Below are positions 12,211-24,138 of a stretch of DNA of 64,000 nt, one piece after another. Positions within the stretch are counted from its first letter, which is position 1. Every line of letters starts with the position of its first letter. The stretch is taken from positions 77,858,701 to 77,922,700 of the forward strand of contig NC_068986.1 in assembly GCF_001194135.2 (NCBI RefSeq). The letters run 5' to 3'. The position numbers were made by a program, and so were the translations under genes. The notes beneath the pieces are model-generated. The model searched no databases and was not told the origin of the DNA. It saw only the letters and a list, made by a program, of their open reading frames with translations. The DNA is from Octopus bimaculoides. Lineage: Eukaryota.

Positions 12211-15200
12211 CAGAGTGTTTCTTTGTGTTATCTCTTTCTACAATTTTACCTAATTTACACTCAAGATATTCCATTTCAATAGCATTTCATTGATATAAAT
12301 GAATCATTCAAAATTTGAACATTTAAAAAAATCTTTCCTCAAATCAAACATCATAATGTGTGTCTTTCACAAAGAAGGCAGCTGTTATGAAGATGGTGTC
12401 AGAGTTAGAGGTTTACTCTATGAATACTCAGTCCTAGTAATAACTTATGTCATCACAATTACTATGTATCTTAGCAAAATTCTGAAGACGCTAAAGTTCT
12501 CAATAAAATCAGAAAACTGTTTGTTGATATAAACAAATATAGAATATGCATCAGTTATATTTCTTTTCAAGAAGCTAAACTTTCTATATACTGAGAGAGA
12601 GAGAAAGAAAAAGAGAGAGAGGATTGGAGATGTGCTGGTCTATGTATTGTGCATATGTGTTACATATTTTTGAGTATGCATGTGTTAGTTGTGATATGTA
12701 TGTATTATGTCTTATATATAAAATGTGTTAGGTGTTTGAATTAGATGTTATATGTTGCATGTATGTATTTGGTGTTATCTAAGTACATTATGTGTATGTA
12801 TGAGAAAGAATGATTTATATCAATGTTAAACAATAGGTCTTCATATCAAGATGGCTAACAGAAAACAGAACAACATAATATATATTTCTGTTCAAAAGTA
12901 TTTGTAACACTTTTTCTCTATGTAAAGATCTATGTCAACTGATCTTCAGGCTTCATTAAATTTTAGTATGGTGATGAGATCTAATAGATGGAAACGTGTG
13001 TATAGTTGTTCCCCTTACTTGCATGTAAAAGTTAAATTGTTCTTTCCATGTGCAGGTAAATTAACTTGTGAATTCAGTAAATTTCTTCAAATTATCTCCC
13101 TTTACATTATTTCACATTTATATTGAGAGTTGCTAACAATTACTTCTAGGTTTTTGTTTTCTTTCTTCAACTAAAAGGAAAATTTCAATTAATTCTTTTT
13201 TTCTTTTTACATATTTCAGTCATTAGACTGAGGTCATGCTGGGGCATCACCTCGAAGCATTCTTAGTTGAACAAATTGACCCCCAATAAACTCTTTAAAG
13301 GCTAGTACATATTCTATCAGTCTCTTTAGCTGAACTGCTAAGTTACAGAGATGTAAATGCACCAACACTGATAGTCAAGTGGAGGTTGGGTACAAATAGA
13401 CTAAAATGCACACACATATAGATACATATATAAATAATGGGCTACTTCCACCAAATCTACTCACAAAGTTTTGGTCAACCCGAGGGTTGAGTGGAAGACA
13501 TTTCTATAAAGTGCCACACTAAAATTGAACCCAGAACCATGTCATTGGCAAGCAACCTTCTTACCACACAGCCATGAAATTTCGTTTTTTTTGCAAATCT
13601 CATTCTGTAACTTATTTATATTTTCATAGATTCTTTTTAAATTGATTTTATTTTTAAATGGGATATTATTTTTGAATTCATATATAAGGCACAAACATGA
13701 CTGGGTGATAAGAAACTTACTTCCCAACCATATGGTTCCAGGTTTAGTCCTACTACATGAAACCTTGGCCACGTTTCTTCTACTATGGTTTTTGGCTGAA
13801 CAAAGCCCTGTGAGTGGATTTGATAGACAGAAACTGGAAACTGTTTGTTCCCTCCCACCACTTGACAATTGGTGTTGGTGTGCTTACATCCTTGTAATTC
13901 AGCAGTTTGGCAAAAAGAATCTGATAGAATAAGTATCAAGCTTAATGAAAAATAAATAATGGGGTTGATTTATTTGAGTAAAGATTCTTCAAGGTGATGT
14001 CCCAGCATGGCTGCAGTCTAAGGACTGAAACAAGTAAAAGAGAAGGACTGCGTAACAGTGTACAAATATTTGATATTTGGGACTGTAACTGTGATACATC
14101 TTCTAAGGTACAGTTGATTACATCTACCCAGGTACTTATTATATTAGTTTGTTATTTTCTTGAGGTCACAAGAAGGAAAAGTAGAGTGGGTATTGTCAAG
14201 ATTCAAACTCTGAATATAAAATTTTACCTGATGGTTAATCAATTCTGCTGCCCCAAAATCTACACACATACATACAAATGCCCACACACACACACATGCA
14301 TACATGCACATGCATGCAAATGTACATGCACACAGATAAATGGATGCATATGCACACACACACATAAATGCATGCACACACATATAAGTGCACATGCGTG
14401 CACACACAAAAACACACACACACACACATACACACCAACACACATGCAAACATATACACATGATAGTCTCCAGCACAGTTTCTGTCTCATAATTTCACTC
14501 ACAAAGCTTCGGTTGCCCCAAGGCTACAGTAGATAACGCTTGTTGAAAGTGTAACATAGTGACTCTGTATCTAAAACTAATGCGAAATAATACACATCTA
14601 TATCTATAACTGATATCTAATTTATGAGGTAAAATAAATCCAAGGATTCTGGGGTTTGATCAGAATTGGCAAAGTTTGTATTATTTGGTAAAAGAGCACA
14701 CGCAGGGTGGAGTGTCCAATGTTTTTGTGGTTATGATGGCAGGAGTGGTGGGTAAGGACAAAAGAGCAAAAGATTAATAAGGCCACAGTAAGATTTGAAC
14801 GCACAATTCAAAGAACAAAAACTACACCATCTGGTGCTCTAATAATTTTGCCAATGCACTGCTCTATGTAGGTATATGTGTGCCTGTGTGTATGTAAGTG
14901 TGCATGCATGCATACAATACAAATGTAGAATACATTACATTAATCTTTGTTTGAATATGTATATAAATGGTTGCTGGATTTATTTACTCATATATGTAAG
15001 AGTTTTCATAACAATATGCACATGCTTTTAATGTTTGTACATTTATTTCCCCCTCTCTTCATGTTAGCATACATTTGAGAGTTCTGAGAATGTATAGAAT
15101 TGCATGCCCATTCTAATGCTAAATCCTCGAAGGCGAAATTTGATTGCAGGAATTTAAATAATGCACTATAGCAAAGAATATGATACAATATCTGTAATAA

Positions 15201-16008
15201 ATATAAACGTGTAATAACTTGTATTTTTGTTTTCTTACTTGTTTTTATGGATATATTTATGCATGGATAAGGCTGCACAGATCAATAGATATTTGTGTGA
15301 GCATGCATATTGATAGATGCATATATAATGAAAGTCTTTATTTATTTTTTTTCAATGATGGAATGTTAGATTTTTCCAGGTTACACTGATTCAGTCAATG
15401 TAGTGTAATGACAATTTTCATATTAGAAAGACTTTATAAAATGAAACCAAATGTTGCTTCTAAAATAATTCATGTAAGAATACACAACAATGAACTATTG
15501 TGCTGTTCTTGTTATTATTAAGCTCCAAAGTCAGCCCTGTTTGACCAGACATATGTTCAAAGATGTTTTAGCTGTGACTATCTTGTCTTTTTGTATATAC
15601 AGGGTTCAACTGCCCAACTTTTTATGCCTATGATACTTTTCAGGGCCTTTATGACTGACAGAATAGAGGAAGGATGGTATTCTCAGAATAACAGAAATAT
15701 GGCTTGAAGTGAACTCCTGTAATTGAATCTAAGAGATAGGCAGAGATAGTAAATTGGTTGACAGATAAAGGATACCACACAAGTTGGGCATGGTGGGATT
15801 TTAGTTCCGTATGTAAAGATATATGATTCAATTCCCACTCGTGATTCTGCCCAATTTATAAATGTACACACATAAAAGACAAAAGCAGTTGTTTAGCTAT
15901 AGTTTCATGGTTAGAAGAAATAAATCACCAACTAAATAAGATGTTAGTCTATCAAAAGTTTTTGATCTCAATACTTATTCCTGACAGGTAGTTAGCATGA
16001 CAGAATGA

Positions 16009-16399
16009 AACTAGAAAAGCACTCGGAGAGTGCAGACCTCTGCCAAGCTCATTTTAAATTAGATACACGAATAAAATTACTGATAGAGAAATGAAAATAA
16101 ACTTTGGAAACAGCAACGCCACCATAGGTTACGTGGAAACGATGAACGTGTTTTCAAGGGAGATAACCAAAGAACGTAACATTGTAATACTTCATGTAAA
16201 GTAAATATAATAAATCCTTCAAGAATCCATAAAAATTCCCGGATCACTACCAAAATTTTGTCATCTGTTCCTTGTGTCATTACCAACTTTTCATGCAAGT
16301 TTCATCAAATACTGTTCACAACTTTTGAGTTATTTTGCACACAGACGGACAAACCAACGCCGATGAAAACATAACTTCCTTCTTTGGTGGAGGTAAAAA
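16009..16399 (-). mobile_element. Helentron-associated non-autonomous element (HINE / DINE-1-like)
   Basis: Minus strand begins TTTTACCTCCACCAAAG, has a GTTTGTCCGTCTGT microsatellite-like block, a 3' sub-terminal inverted repeat CTTGGCAGAGGT and the hairpin GCACTC-TCC-GAGTGC, and ends CTAGTT. Confidence 0.8.
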
Positions 16400-17009
16400 T
16401 GTGTTCTGGTTCAAAAATATTGGCCAGCACTAGATTTGAACTTATACAAAAGCAGTTAGTTCAAAATCTTATCCACTTGGCCATCTTCTTCTCCTTCTCA
16501 CATACAGACACACATACACACAAACATCATAGTTTCACTTTTACGAGTTCGTAAAAATATTCTAATCAAGTACAAAAGAGCTTGTATGTGTTTGTGTGCA
16601 AATGTGTTTGTCTTTATACTAGGTGGCCATAAAATCTGAACATTTTATTCAATTATTTTATGTAATCTATTTTAATGTAAACTAATCGAAGTTAGCATTG
16701 ATTAATAATATAAAAAAAATAATAAAATATTATCAAAAAAAAAAATAATAATTGCATTATTTTCAAAATTTTGAATATATTTTTTTTATCCATCAACTCA
16801 GTTGATTTAAAGTTATATGTTTGTGAGTGCATTGTTAATTTGGCTAATGTCATTGAAATACTAGCAATTCATGTATCACTTTAATTGTCAAAATAACCAT
16901 AACATTTACAAACTCCCATTCAGAAAAGCTGGAGCCCTTTCAGAGCTTTTTTTGTTTGTTTGTTTTTATTATTATTAATAGTTTGAGAGAGAATTTGGAT
17001 GGGAAAATT

Positions 17010-17071
17010 ACAGTAATAATAATAATAATAGAAATAATAACAACAACAACAACAATAATAATAATAATAGA

Positions 17072-17145
<74 letters not shown>

Positions 17146-17160
17146 TAATAGTTATAACAA
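17010..17160. repeat. (AAT)n microsatellite
   Basis: Directly visible; similar tracts at 30345-30545, 52148-52230 and 59865-59930. Confidence 0.95.
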
Positions 17161-17549
17161 CACAATATTCAAGGCTGTAGAGTGATTATAGCTACTTAGG
17201 AGATCAAATACTAATCCCTTTGACTAATGGCTGAGATGAAGGCCACTCAAAAACAAAATCAGATATCACAACACAAGCATGTTTGGAAATATCAGCCCCA
17301 AAATTGTTTTAATTTGATAATTACATCATGAAGTTCTGGTAAATTGTGTATTACTTTTTAACCATCTTTTATCTTTTGCTTGTTTCAGTTATAGGATTGT
17401 GGTCATGCTGGGGCATTGCCTTGAAGGGTTTTGTTGAACAAATCAACCCCAGTATTTATCTTTTTAAAATTTAGTACTTGTTCTGTCAGTTTCATGTTAT
17501 GGGCCCATTAAAATTATTTCCTCTATCTCACTTTTGAAACAATTTAAAA

Positions 17550-17590
<41 letters not shown>

Positions 17591-17641
17591 CAAACTGATT
17601 TTAACTCTTTATATTTGTTAAACTATATGTTTTCTAATTAA

Positions 17642-17862
17642 CCCTTTAGCAATTAATCTAGCCATATCCAACTTAAAATATCCTACCTGTTTCATGTTAA
17701 AACTGACCAGCTCAAACCTCTCACACCTAACCTACAATATCATTCTAAAAATATACGATCACATCATCACAATATGGAAGCTACAAGATAATACCTGATT
17801 AATTCAAAGCTTTGTAAATAAATAAGCATTATATGTAACAAAGAAATCTGAATGCTAAAGGG
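17642..17862. mobile_element. piggyBac-like MITE
   Basis: TIRs CCCTTTAGCA / TGCTAAAGGG, flanked by TTAA and TTTA. A second copy lies at 23081-23477. Confidence 0.7.
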
Positions 17863-18404
17863 TTTACTGATTTGAGGAGACTTTCCTTCACTGATGAGGT
17901 TTAACAAAACCAAAACCTGTGTGTAGCTTGTCACCTTACTTTTAAATAAATCTCAAATATTCTCTCAAAGCAAGAAAAATTAGATTTTATGTGATATTAA
18001 TGATTCATTATTCATTGAAATTATCTTCTGTTTTCTTCAAGAATTGCTGCTAGAATATTATTTTGTTCCCAACTAAAAAGGCAAATTTCAATTCATTGAG
18101 AATTTTTGCATATGTTTTTGGTACATCACCTGAATTAATTATTTATATTGGAGATTACAAAGGAAAACTTTAAAACTTAGTTAAGTATTTAAATAGCGCT
18201 GCTGAAATAAAACTTTATTGTTGATTTATTGAAAATATTCTTAAAGGGTCTACTTTTTATAATCACTCTGAATATATGTAAAATAATTTCTTTATTATTT
18301 CCTTCAATATATGTATATATACATGTGTGTGTGTGCATGTGTGTGTGTACATGTGTGTGTACATTCATGCATACAAATAAAAAGTGGCACTCTGTCAATT
18401 CTGA

Positions 18405-18710
18405 TGATAAGGTTTCCAGTTGATCCGATCAACAAAACAACCAGCTCATGAAATTAATGTACAAGTGGCTGAGCACTCCGCAGATACATGTACATTTAAT
18501 GCAGTTCTCAGGGAGATTCAGCATAATACAAAATGTGACGAGGCTGGCCTTTTGAATTACAGGTACAGCTCATTTTTGCCAGCTGAGTGGACTGGAGCAT
18601 CATGAAATAAAGTGTCTTGCTCAAAGATACAATGCACCACTGGGAATTGAACACACAGCTTTATGACCATGAGCCAAATACCCTAACCACTAAGCCACGT
18701 GCCTTCATAC
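18405..18710 (-). mobile_element. tRNA-derived SINE (shares a core with 62890-63540)
   Basis: Shared body GTGGCTGAGCACTCC...GATAC; tRNA-like head near 18700. Ends approximate. Confidence 0.7.
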
Positions 18711-18744
18711 ACATCATAGTTTTAATGTTATATTCACTTTAAAA

Positions 18745-18795
<51 letters not shown>

Positions 18796-19559
18796 ACTCT
18801 TATATTCACTTCTTCCCTGCTTGCAGGTGTCTATGGGACAGATGAAACTTCTTGAGGTAGATTTTTTTTTTATGGCTGGATGCTCTTCCTATCGTTATCC
18901 CATACCTGCTTTCAAGCAAGGTAGTATTTCCCCAGATCCTTTGAATAAGGACCCACTTAATTGCCAGACATGGTTTCATGGAAGATTGTAAACAAATGGC
19001 ACTGTATGAACATTGTCTTTGGTTTCATTCTGTACATGGTATACAGGGGAACACACACACACATACATGCACGTTTATAATTTTATATATATGAATGAGT
19101 GAACAAATTAAAGAAAGAGACTCTCAATACATTTAGTAGGAGTTACATACCATTTGATAATTCGAATGGAGGCAAAGTAAGCAGAAAACCATTCGAATTA
19201 TTAAACGGAATTTAGCTCAATTGGAGCACTGCAACTCCTGCTTGTATTTTATTTGAGACTATTGTTAATTAGCAATCTCTAAATAAAGCAGTATATTTTA
19301 TGTAGGAGTTACATATACATATTGGTTTCAAATGTTGGCATATGACCAGCATTTTTTTTTGGTGGGGGGTGGAAGGGTGCTAAGTCAATTAAATTAAATT
19401 GATCTCAGTGCTCAACTGGTATTTACTTTATTGATCTTGAAATGATGAAAGGCAAAACCAGCCATAGGAGAATCTGAACTCAGAACATAAAGAGAGACAA
19501 AATGTCCGGAAGCAGTCTTCCCAGCACAGTAACAGTTCTGCCAGCTCACCACCTTCTCT

Positions 19560-19880
19560 TATTCTTTTACTTATTTCAGTCATTTGACTGCGGCCATACT
19601 GGAGCAGCACCTTTAGTCAAACAAATCGACCCCAGGACTTATTCTTTGTAAGCCTAGTTCTTATTCTATCGGTCTCTTTTGCCAAACTGCTACGTCATGG
19701 GGATGTAAATGCCAACATATACGATGGGCTTCTTTCAATTTCCATCTACCAAATCCACTCACAAGGCTTTGGTCGGCCTGAGGCTATAGAAGGCACTTTC
19801 CCAAGATGTCAAACAGTGGGACTGAATCTGGAACCATGTGATTGAGAAGCAAGCTTCTTACCATGCAGCCATGCCTGTGC
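19560..19880 (-). mobile_element. tRNA-derived SINE (family with many copies in the window)
   Basis: Reverse-complement head with GGTTCCAGATTCAGTCCC and the CATTTGACTGCGGCCATACTGGAG tail block. Relatives at about 3410, 13215, 17385, 26580, 35000, 56510, 59230 and 63705. Confidence 0.75.
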
Positions 19881-19911
19881 CTTGTATATATTAATAATAG
19901 TTCAACTCAGA

Positions 19912-19970
19912 TCTCCATGACTTAAAGTTTCATGGGTGTATAGAACACGTTGTTTTCATCAGATGTCAGA
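19912..19970 (-). ncRNA. Type I hammerhead motif, intact core, GUC triplet
   Basis: Minus strand TCTGACAT CTGATGA aaacaacGTGTtctatACACccat GAAA CTTTAA GTC ATGGAGA. Helix III is the near-palindrome ACTTTAAGT. Helix II is interrupted. Confidence 0.6.
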
Positions 19971-20051
19971 AGCAGGGCAAGAATTTCTCTTAAAATTCTC
20001 ACACTGTTCCTAGTATTTCATGAGATGGACATATCTCATGTGACACACACA

Positions 20052-20111
<60 letters not shown>

Positions 20112-21239
20112 CATGCATACGTCTTACAGTTTCTCATGACCAATTCACTCATGCACAGCACTGATTAGCCTGTGGTTATAGTAGTAGACATCAGCTGATG
20201 GTGACACACAATGCAAACAGTCCCTAAACCATATAGTCTTAAAGTGAATCTCTTAACTACACAATCATGTCTGCATCTGTCTGTCTATATATCAATATAT
20301 ATATATCTGTGTATACACATACATATACACACATATGGATACCATGCATAATGTATCAAAACAATAATGAATAAATTAGTAAGAAGGTCTTGTAGGAAGT
20401 AGACCTATGCCAATTGGTTAATTCTCAAGTGTATTACCATAATAATGTTACCAGTTGTTTGCTGATCCACTGTTTCTACATGCACTATTGGACATTTTCA
20501 TAACATCCTGATAAAACATCACACAATGTCAAAATACAAATAGAAAATGTACACCTAGCAATTGACCTCGTATCTGCTTTCTTCTCTTTATTTCAAGCAA
20601 AATTAGACCCCAACCTCTGTGACTACTATTACAACCACACAGATTAGAATAATAACCATAAAAATTAATAACAGGCTATTTCAAAGGAATACTGTCCAAG
20701 AGTTTCAAGTGCAAGCCCTCTCACAGGAGTAAAACAACAACCTCAATGTAAATGAAGGAAAATTGTTTCAATTTATAATCAAATATGCACCATAGACTTG
20801 CCTCATTGAGAATTCAACAACCATATCAAAGCAACTGTTATGAAAGCATCAATTCTGATTTTGAACATTGGCACAAGGCAACACATTTGATGGGAGGGCA
20901 CAGTTGATTAAAATCAACTCCAATATTTGACTGGTACTTATTTTATTGACCTTGGACAGATGAAAGTCAGGGTTGATCCTCTGTGGATCTAACTAAATAC
21001 TTCAAGGCAATTTTGTTCAGCACATTATAAATTCTAATTAATAAAATATTCTTAAAAACAAAAAAATATAATAGCAGCCTTGAAACAATCCCTTTCTCAT
21101 TTCAGATATGCACTAAAGAAATTCACTGATTCACCAGTGACAAAACAGCAAAGTACACAACAAAAAGAGGCAATCAGTCAGGCTATTTTACCATGCAACA
21201 CATGGAAAAAAAAGTAGATTATTTTCATTTGATAATGGG

Positions 21240-22140
21240 AGTAGACTAGCAGAATCATTAAAGCATTGTGGCATTTGTTGTGGCTCAATGCACACTGAGT
21301 TCAAATCCTGCCAAGTCTGACTTCACCTTTTATCTATCTGGGGTCAATAGAATAAAATACCACTCAAGTACTGAAGGTGATTTAATCAAATAGTCCCTAC
21401 CCTCCAAAATTTCAGGCTTAGTTTGAAATGTTTGAAACAATTGTTATGAGTTGATACAATCAGAGCCAATCAAGCTCTAGGGTTGATATAGCTGAGTGTT
21501 CTTTTCTTCTGAAGTTCTAGACTTTAGTCTATACATGAAATTATTAGTGTGGCAGATTAACAGAACCATTAGAATATTAGACAAAATGCCTTAAATTATC
21601 AGTTTTAGCTCTTTACATTTCAGCTTTAAATCCTGCTAATGACAAATTTGCTTTTCATTCACTGTGATTGATGAAATGAAATACCAGTCAAATACTTGGG
21701 TCAATATAATCAGCTGGTCCCTCCACCAGAGTCTATTATTATTACTAGAGCTGTGGATTAGCAGAACTGTCAAGCATGTCAGACAAAATGCCTGTTAGTA
21801 TTTCTTCTGGTTTGGCACTCTGAGTACAAATGGTGTCAAGGTCAACTTTATCTTTCATCCTTTTGGGGATCAATAAAATAAAGTATCAGTCAAGTATTGA
21901 ATCTGTGTAGTCGACTAACCCCAACTCCCCAAATTTCAGGCCTTGTAATTATAGTAGAAAGAATTATTATTGGTCTGTCTTTATGTTCTGAGTTCAAATT
22001 CTGCTGAGGCTGACTTTGCCTTTCATCCTTTCAGGGTCGATGAAATAAGTACCAGTTGAGCACTGGGGTCGATGTAAGCAACTAGTCCCCCTCCCCCAAA
22101 TTTCAGGCCTTGTACCTTTAGTAGAAAGGATTATTATTAT
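21240..22140 (+). mobile_element. Head-to-tail cluster of 3-4 copies of one SINE-like family
   Basis: Repeated TTCTGAGTTCAAAT...GACTTTGCCTTTCATCCTTT...AAGTACCAGT blocks separated by (ATT)n tails. Confidence 0.75.
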
Positions 22141-22599
22141 TGAGCAGCTGTTGATGGATATAGTATGTATTTGGCTATCAGATGACTCTAAACCAAGAAG
22201 GGAATGCACATTTTCTCTTTTTGGTGGCTATGGCAAAATATGTTGTCTAAAAGACAGTGTGAAAAGATTGAGGGCACACACATTTCTCCCTTTGGCCAAG
22301 CTCTCACCATCTTCATCAAAAACTACTTAGAGAAGGTGCTGTGAAGAGATAGGTCTTTCACTTCAATAAATCTGCTGAAAATTGGCAGGCAGTGGCGAAC
22401 CTAGTCTCAACATGCTCCTGTAGGACAGAGAAGTTGCTAGGAGTGAGGACTTATCCTTGGCAATAAGGGTAATTTGATCTGTTGGGGTTTCTTGATAGTA
22501 GGGCTGTTTTAATAGAATCATAGGCCCCTGGGTAAAGCATGGAAGCTCCCTACACACACAATAAACAGATTAATGTTGGGCCCTTACACTTATGGGTTG

Positions 22600-22925
22600 C
22601 CTGGGTAACAGTCCAGAGTGTTCATGTCTTGAGACAGCACTGCTTGATTGTTCCTCAAAAAGCCATTCCATTCCTGGGAGATTTAATGTCATTTCTTTCT
22701 CTACATGTTGGTTTTTTTACCATATTCATTTCTGTGTAAACTCTCACTGATTTTGTAATTAATCCTTGTAATTTCCCTGTCATCTCTTTTCCTGTGCATA
22801 TTCCATACTTCTGGCATAGTTTCAAGTTCATGAAACAAATCTCTTATATATTTTGTTTTGGCTAAAACTGAGCAACCAGAACTAATGTGATAAATTGCTT
22901 CTTCATCCCTGCCTCCACCACATTG
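22600..22925 (-). mobile_element. R4/Dong-type (RLE) LINE relic, zinc-knuckle region
   Basis: Translates EEAIYHISSGCSVLAKTKYI...VWNMH...DREIT, resembling the ETIxHIxSGCxxLA and LWDxxIxTDR motifs; internally deleted. Confidence 0.6.
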
Positions 22926-23080
22926 TTACTATTTGGACACTGATTCATTATTAATATTTTGTTGTTATTGATGTAACTGCAGGTCAACCATGTGTAAGTA
23001 GACTTATAACCAAAAGCATTCTAGCCATGATCAACAAGTCTTCTTAGAAGCATCTAAGAATGTAGTCTTTCCTTGTGTAA

Positions 23081-23477
23081 CCCTTTAGCATTTAAACCAG
23101 GCCCAAATATTTTACCTGTTTTTATGTTCATACCAGCTAGATCTGGCCTCGCACACCTACCTACAATGCCATTCTAAAAAAATAATCACATCAATGAAAT
23201 GTCAAAGCTGTGACACATAAAAGCACCCACTACACTCTCTGAGTGGTTGGCGTTAGGAAGGGCATCCAGCTGTAGAAACTCTGCCAAATTAGATTGGAGC
23301 CTGGTGTTGCCATCCGGTTTCACCAGTCCTCAGTCAAATCGTCCAACCCATGCTAGCATGGAAAGCGGACGTTAAACGATGATGATGATGATGATGATGA
23401 CATAATGCATGATTAATTCAAAACAATTTGAATAAAAAAAGCATTATACTTGAGAGAGTAATCTGAATGCTAAAGGA
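23081..23477. mobile_element. piggyBac-like MITE with nested insertion
   Basis: CCCTTTAGCATT ... AATGCTAAAGGA followed by TTAA. Same body as 17642-17862, split at about 23218-23400. Confidence 0.7.
23218..23400 (+). mobile_element. Young SINE/LINE 3' end with (GAT)n tail
   Basis: Very similar to 25890-26075. Short CATAA-like duplication at the edges. Confidence 0.75.
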
Positions 23478-23827
23478 TTAAGAAGGTAAGAGAATATAAT
23501 TTTGTTGGAATTTCTAGCTGGTTAAACAACCTCATAGAGGTCCCTTCATTAATTAATACATATAGTTTTAGTAGTTTATGGCAGACTCTTTGGCCTCAGC
23601 TTATGTAGTTAAGAGGCTTGCTTTCCAGCCATATGGTTTTCAGTCTTGCCTTACTGTGTAAAAACTTGTGCAAGTGTCTTTTACTATAGTATCTGGTTGA
23701 CTAACGCCTTGTGAGTGAATTTGGTAAACAGAAACTGTGTGGAAGCGAAACAGGGTGGAAAAAAAATAGTACTTGAATACCAGAGGTAGAGTAATATGCT
23801 TTATTAAAAAGCAGCAAAAAATATCAC

Positions 23828-23866
23828 AAAAACTATTACTCAGAGTTTCTCATTCCTGTTCATCTG
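23828..23866 (-). ncRNA. Truncated inverted copy of the hammerhead at 24009-24054
   Basis: Minus strand CAGATGA acaggaatga GAAA ctctga GTA atagttttt. The helix I 5' strand is absent because the inversion junction falls at the start of the core. Confidence 0.6.
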
Positions 23867-24008
23867 TTTATTGTGCATGTAGGAAGCTTCCATGCTTTAC
23901 CCAGGGACCTATGATTCTATTAAAACAGCTCTACTATCAAGAAACCCCAACAGGTCAAATTACCCTTATTGCCAAGGGCAAGTCCTCACTCCTAGCAACT
24001 TTCTAAAT

Positions 24009-24054
24009 AAAGCTGTCCGATGAATGGGAACGTGAAACTCTGAGTAACAGTTTT
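24009..24054 (+). ncRNA. Type I hammerhead motif, all helices formed, U4C core variant
   Basis: AAAGCTGT CCGATGA ATG-ggaa-CGT GAAA CTCTGA GTA ACAGTTTT. Helix I has 8 pairs (one G-U). Helix II has 3 pairs with a GGAA loop. Helix III is the near-palindrome ACTCTGAGT. GUA triplet. Confidence 0.75.
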
Positions 24055-24083
24055 TGTAATATTTTTGGGGCTTTTTAATAAAG

Positions 24084-24138
<55 letters not shown>

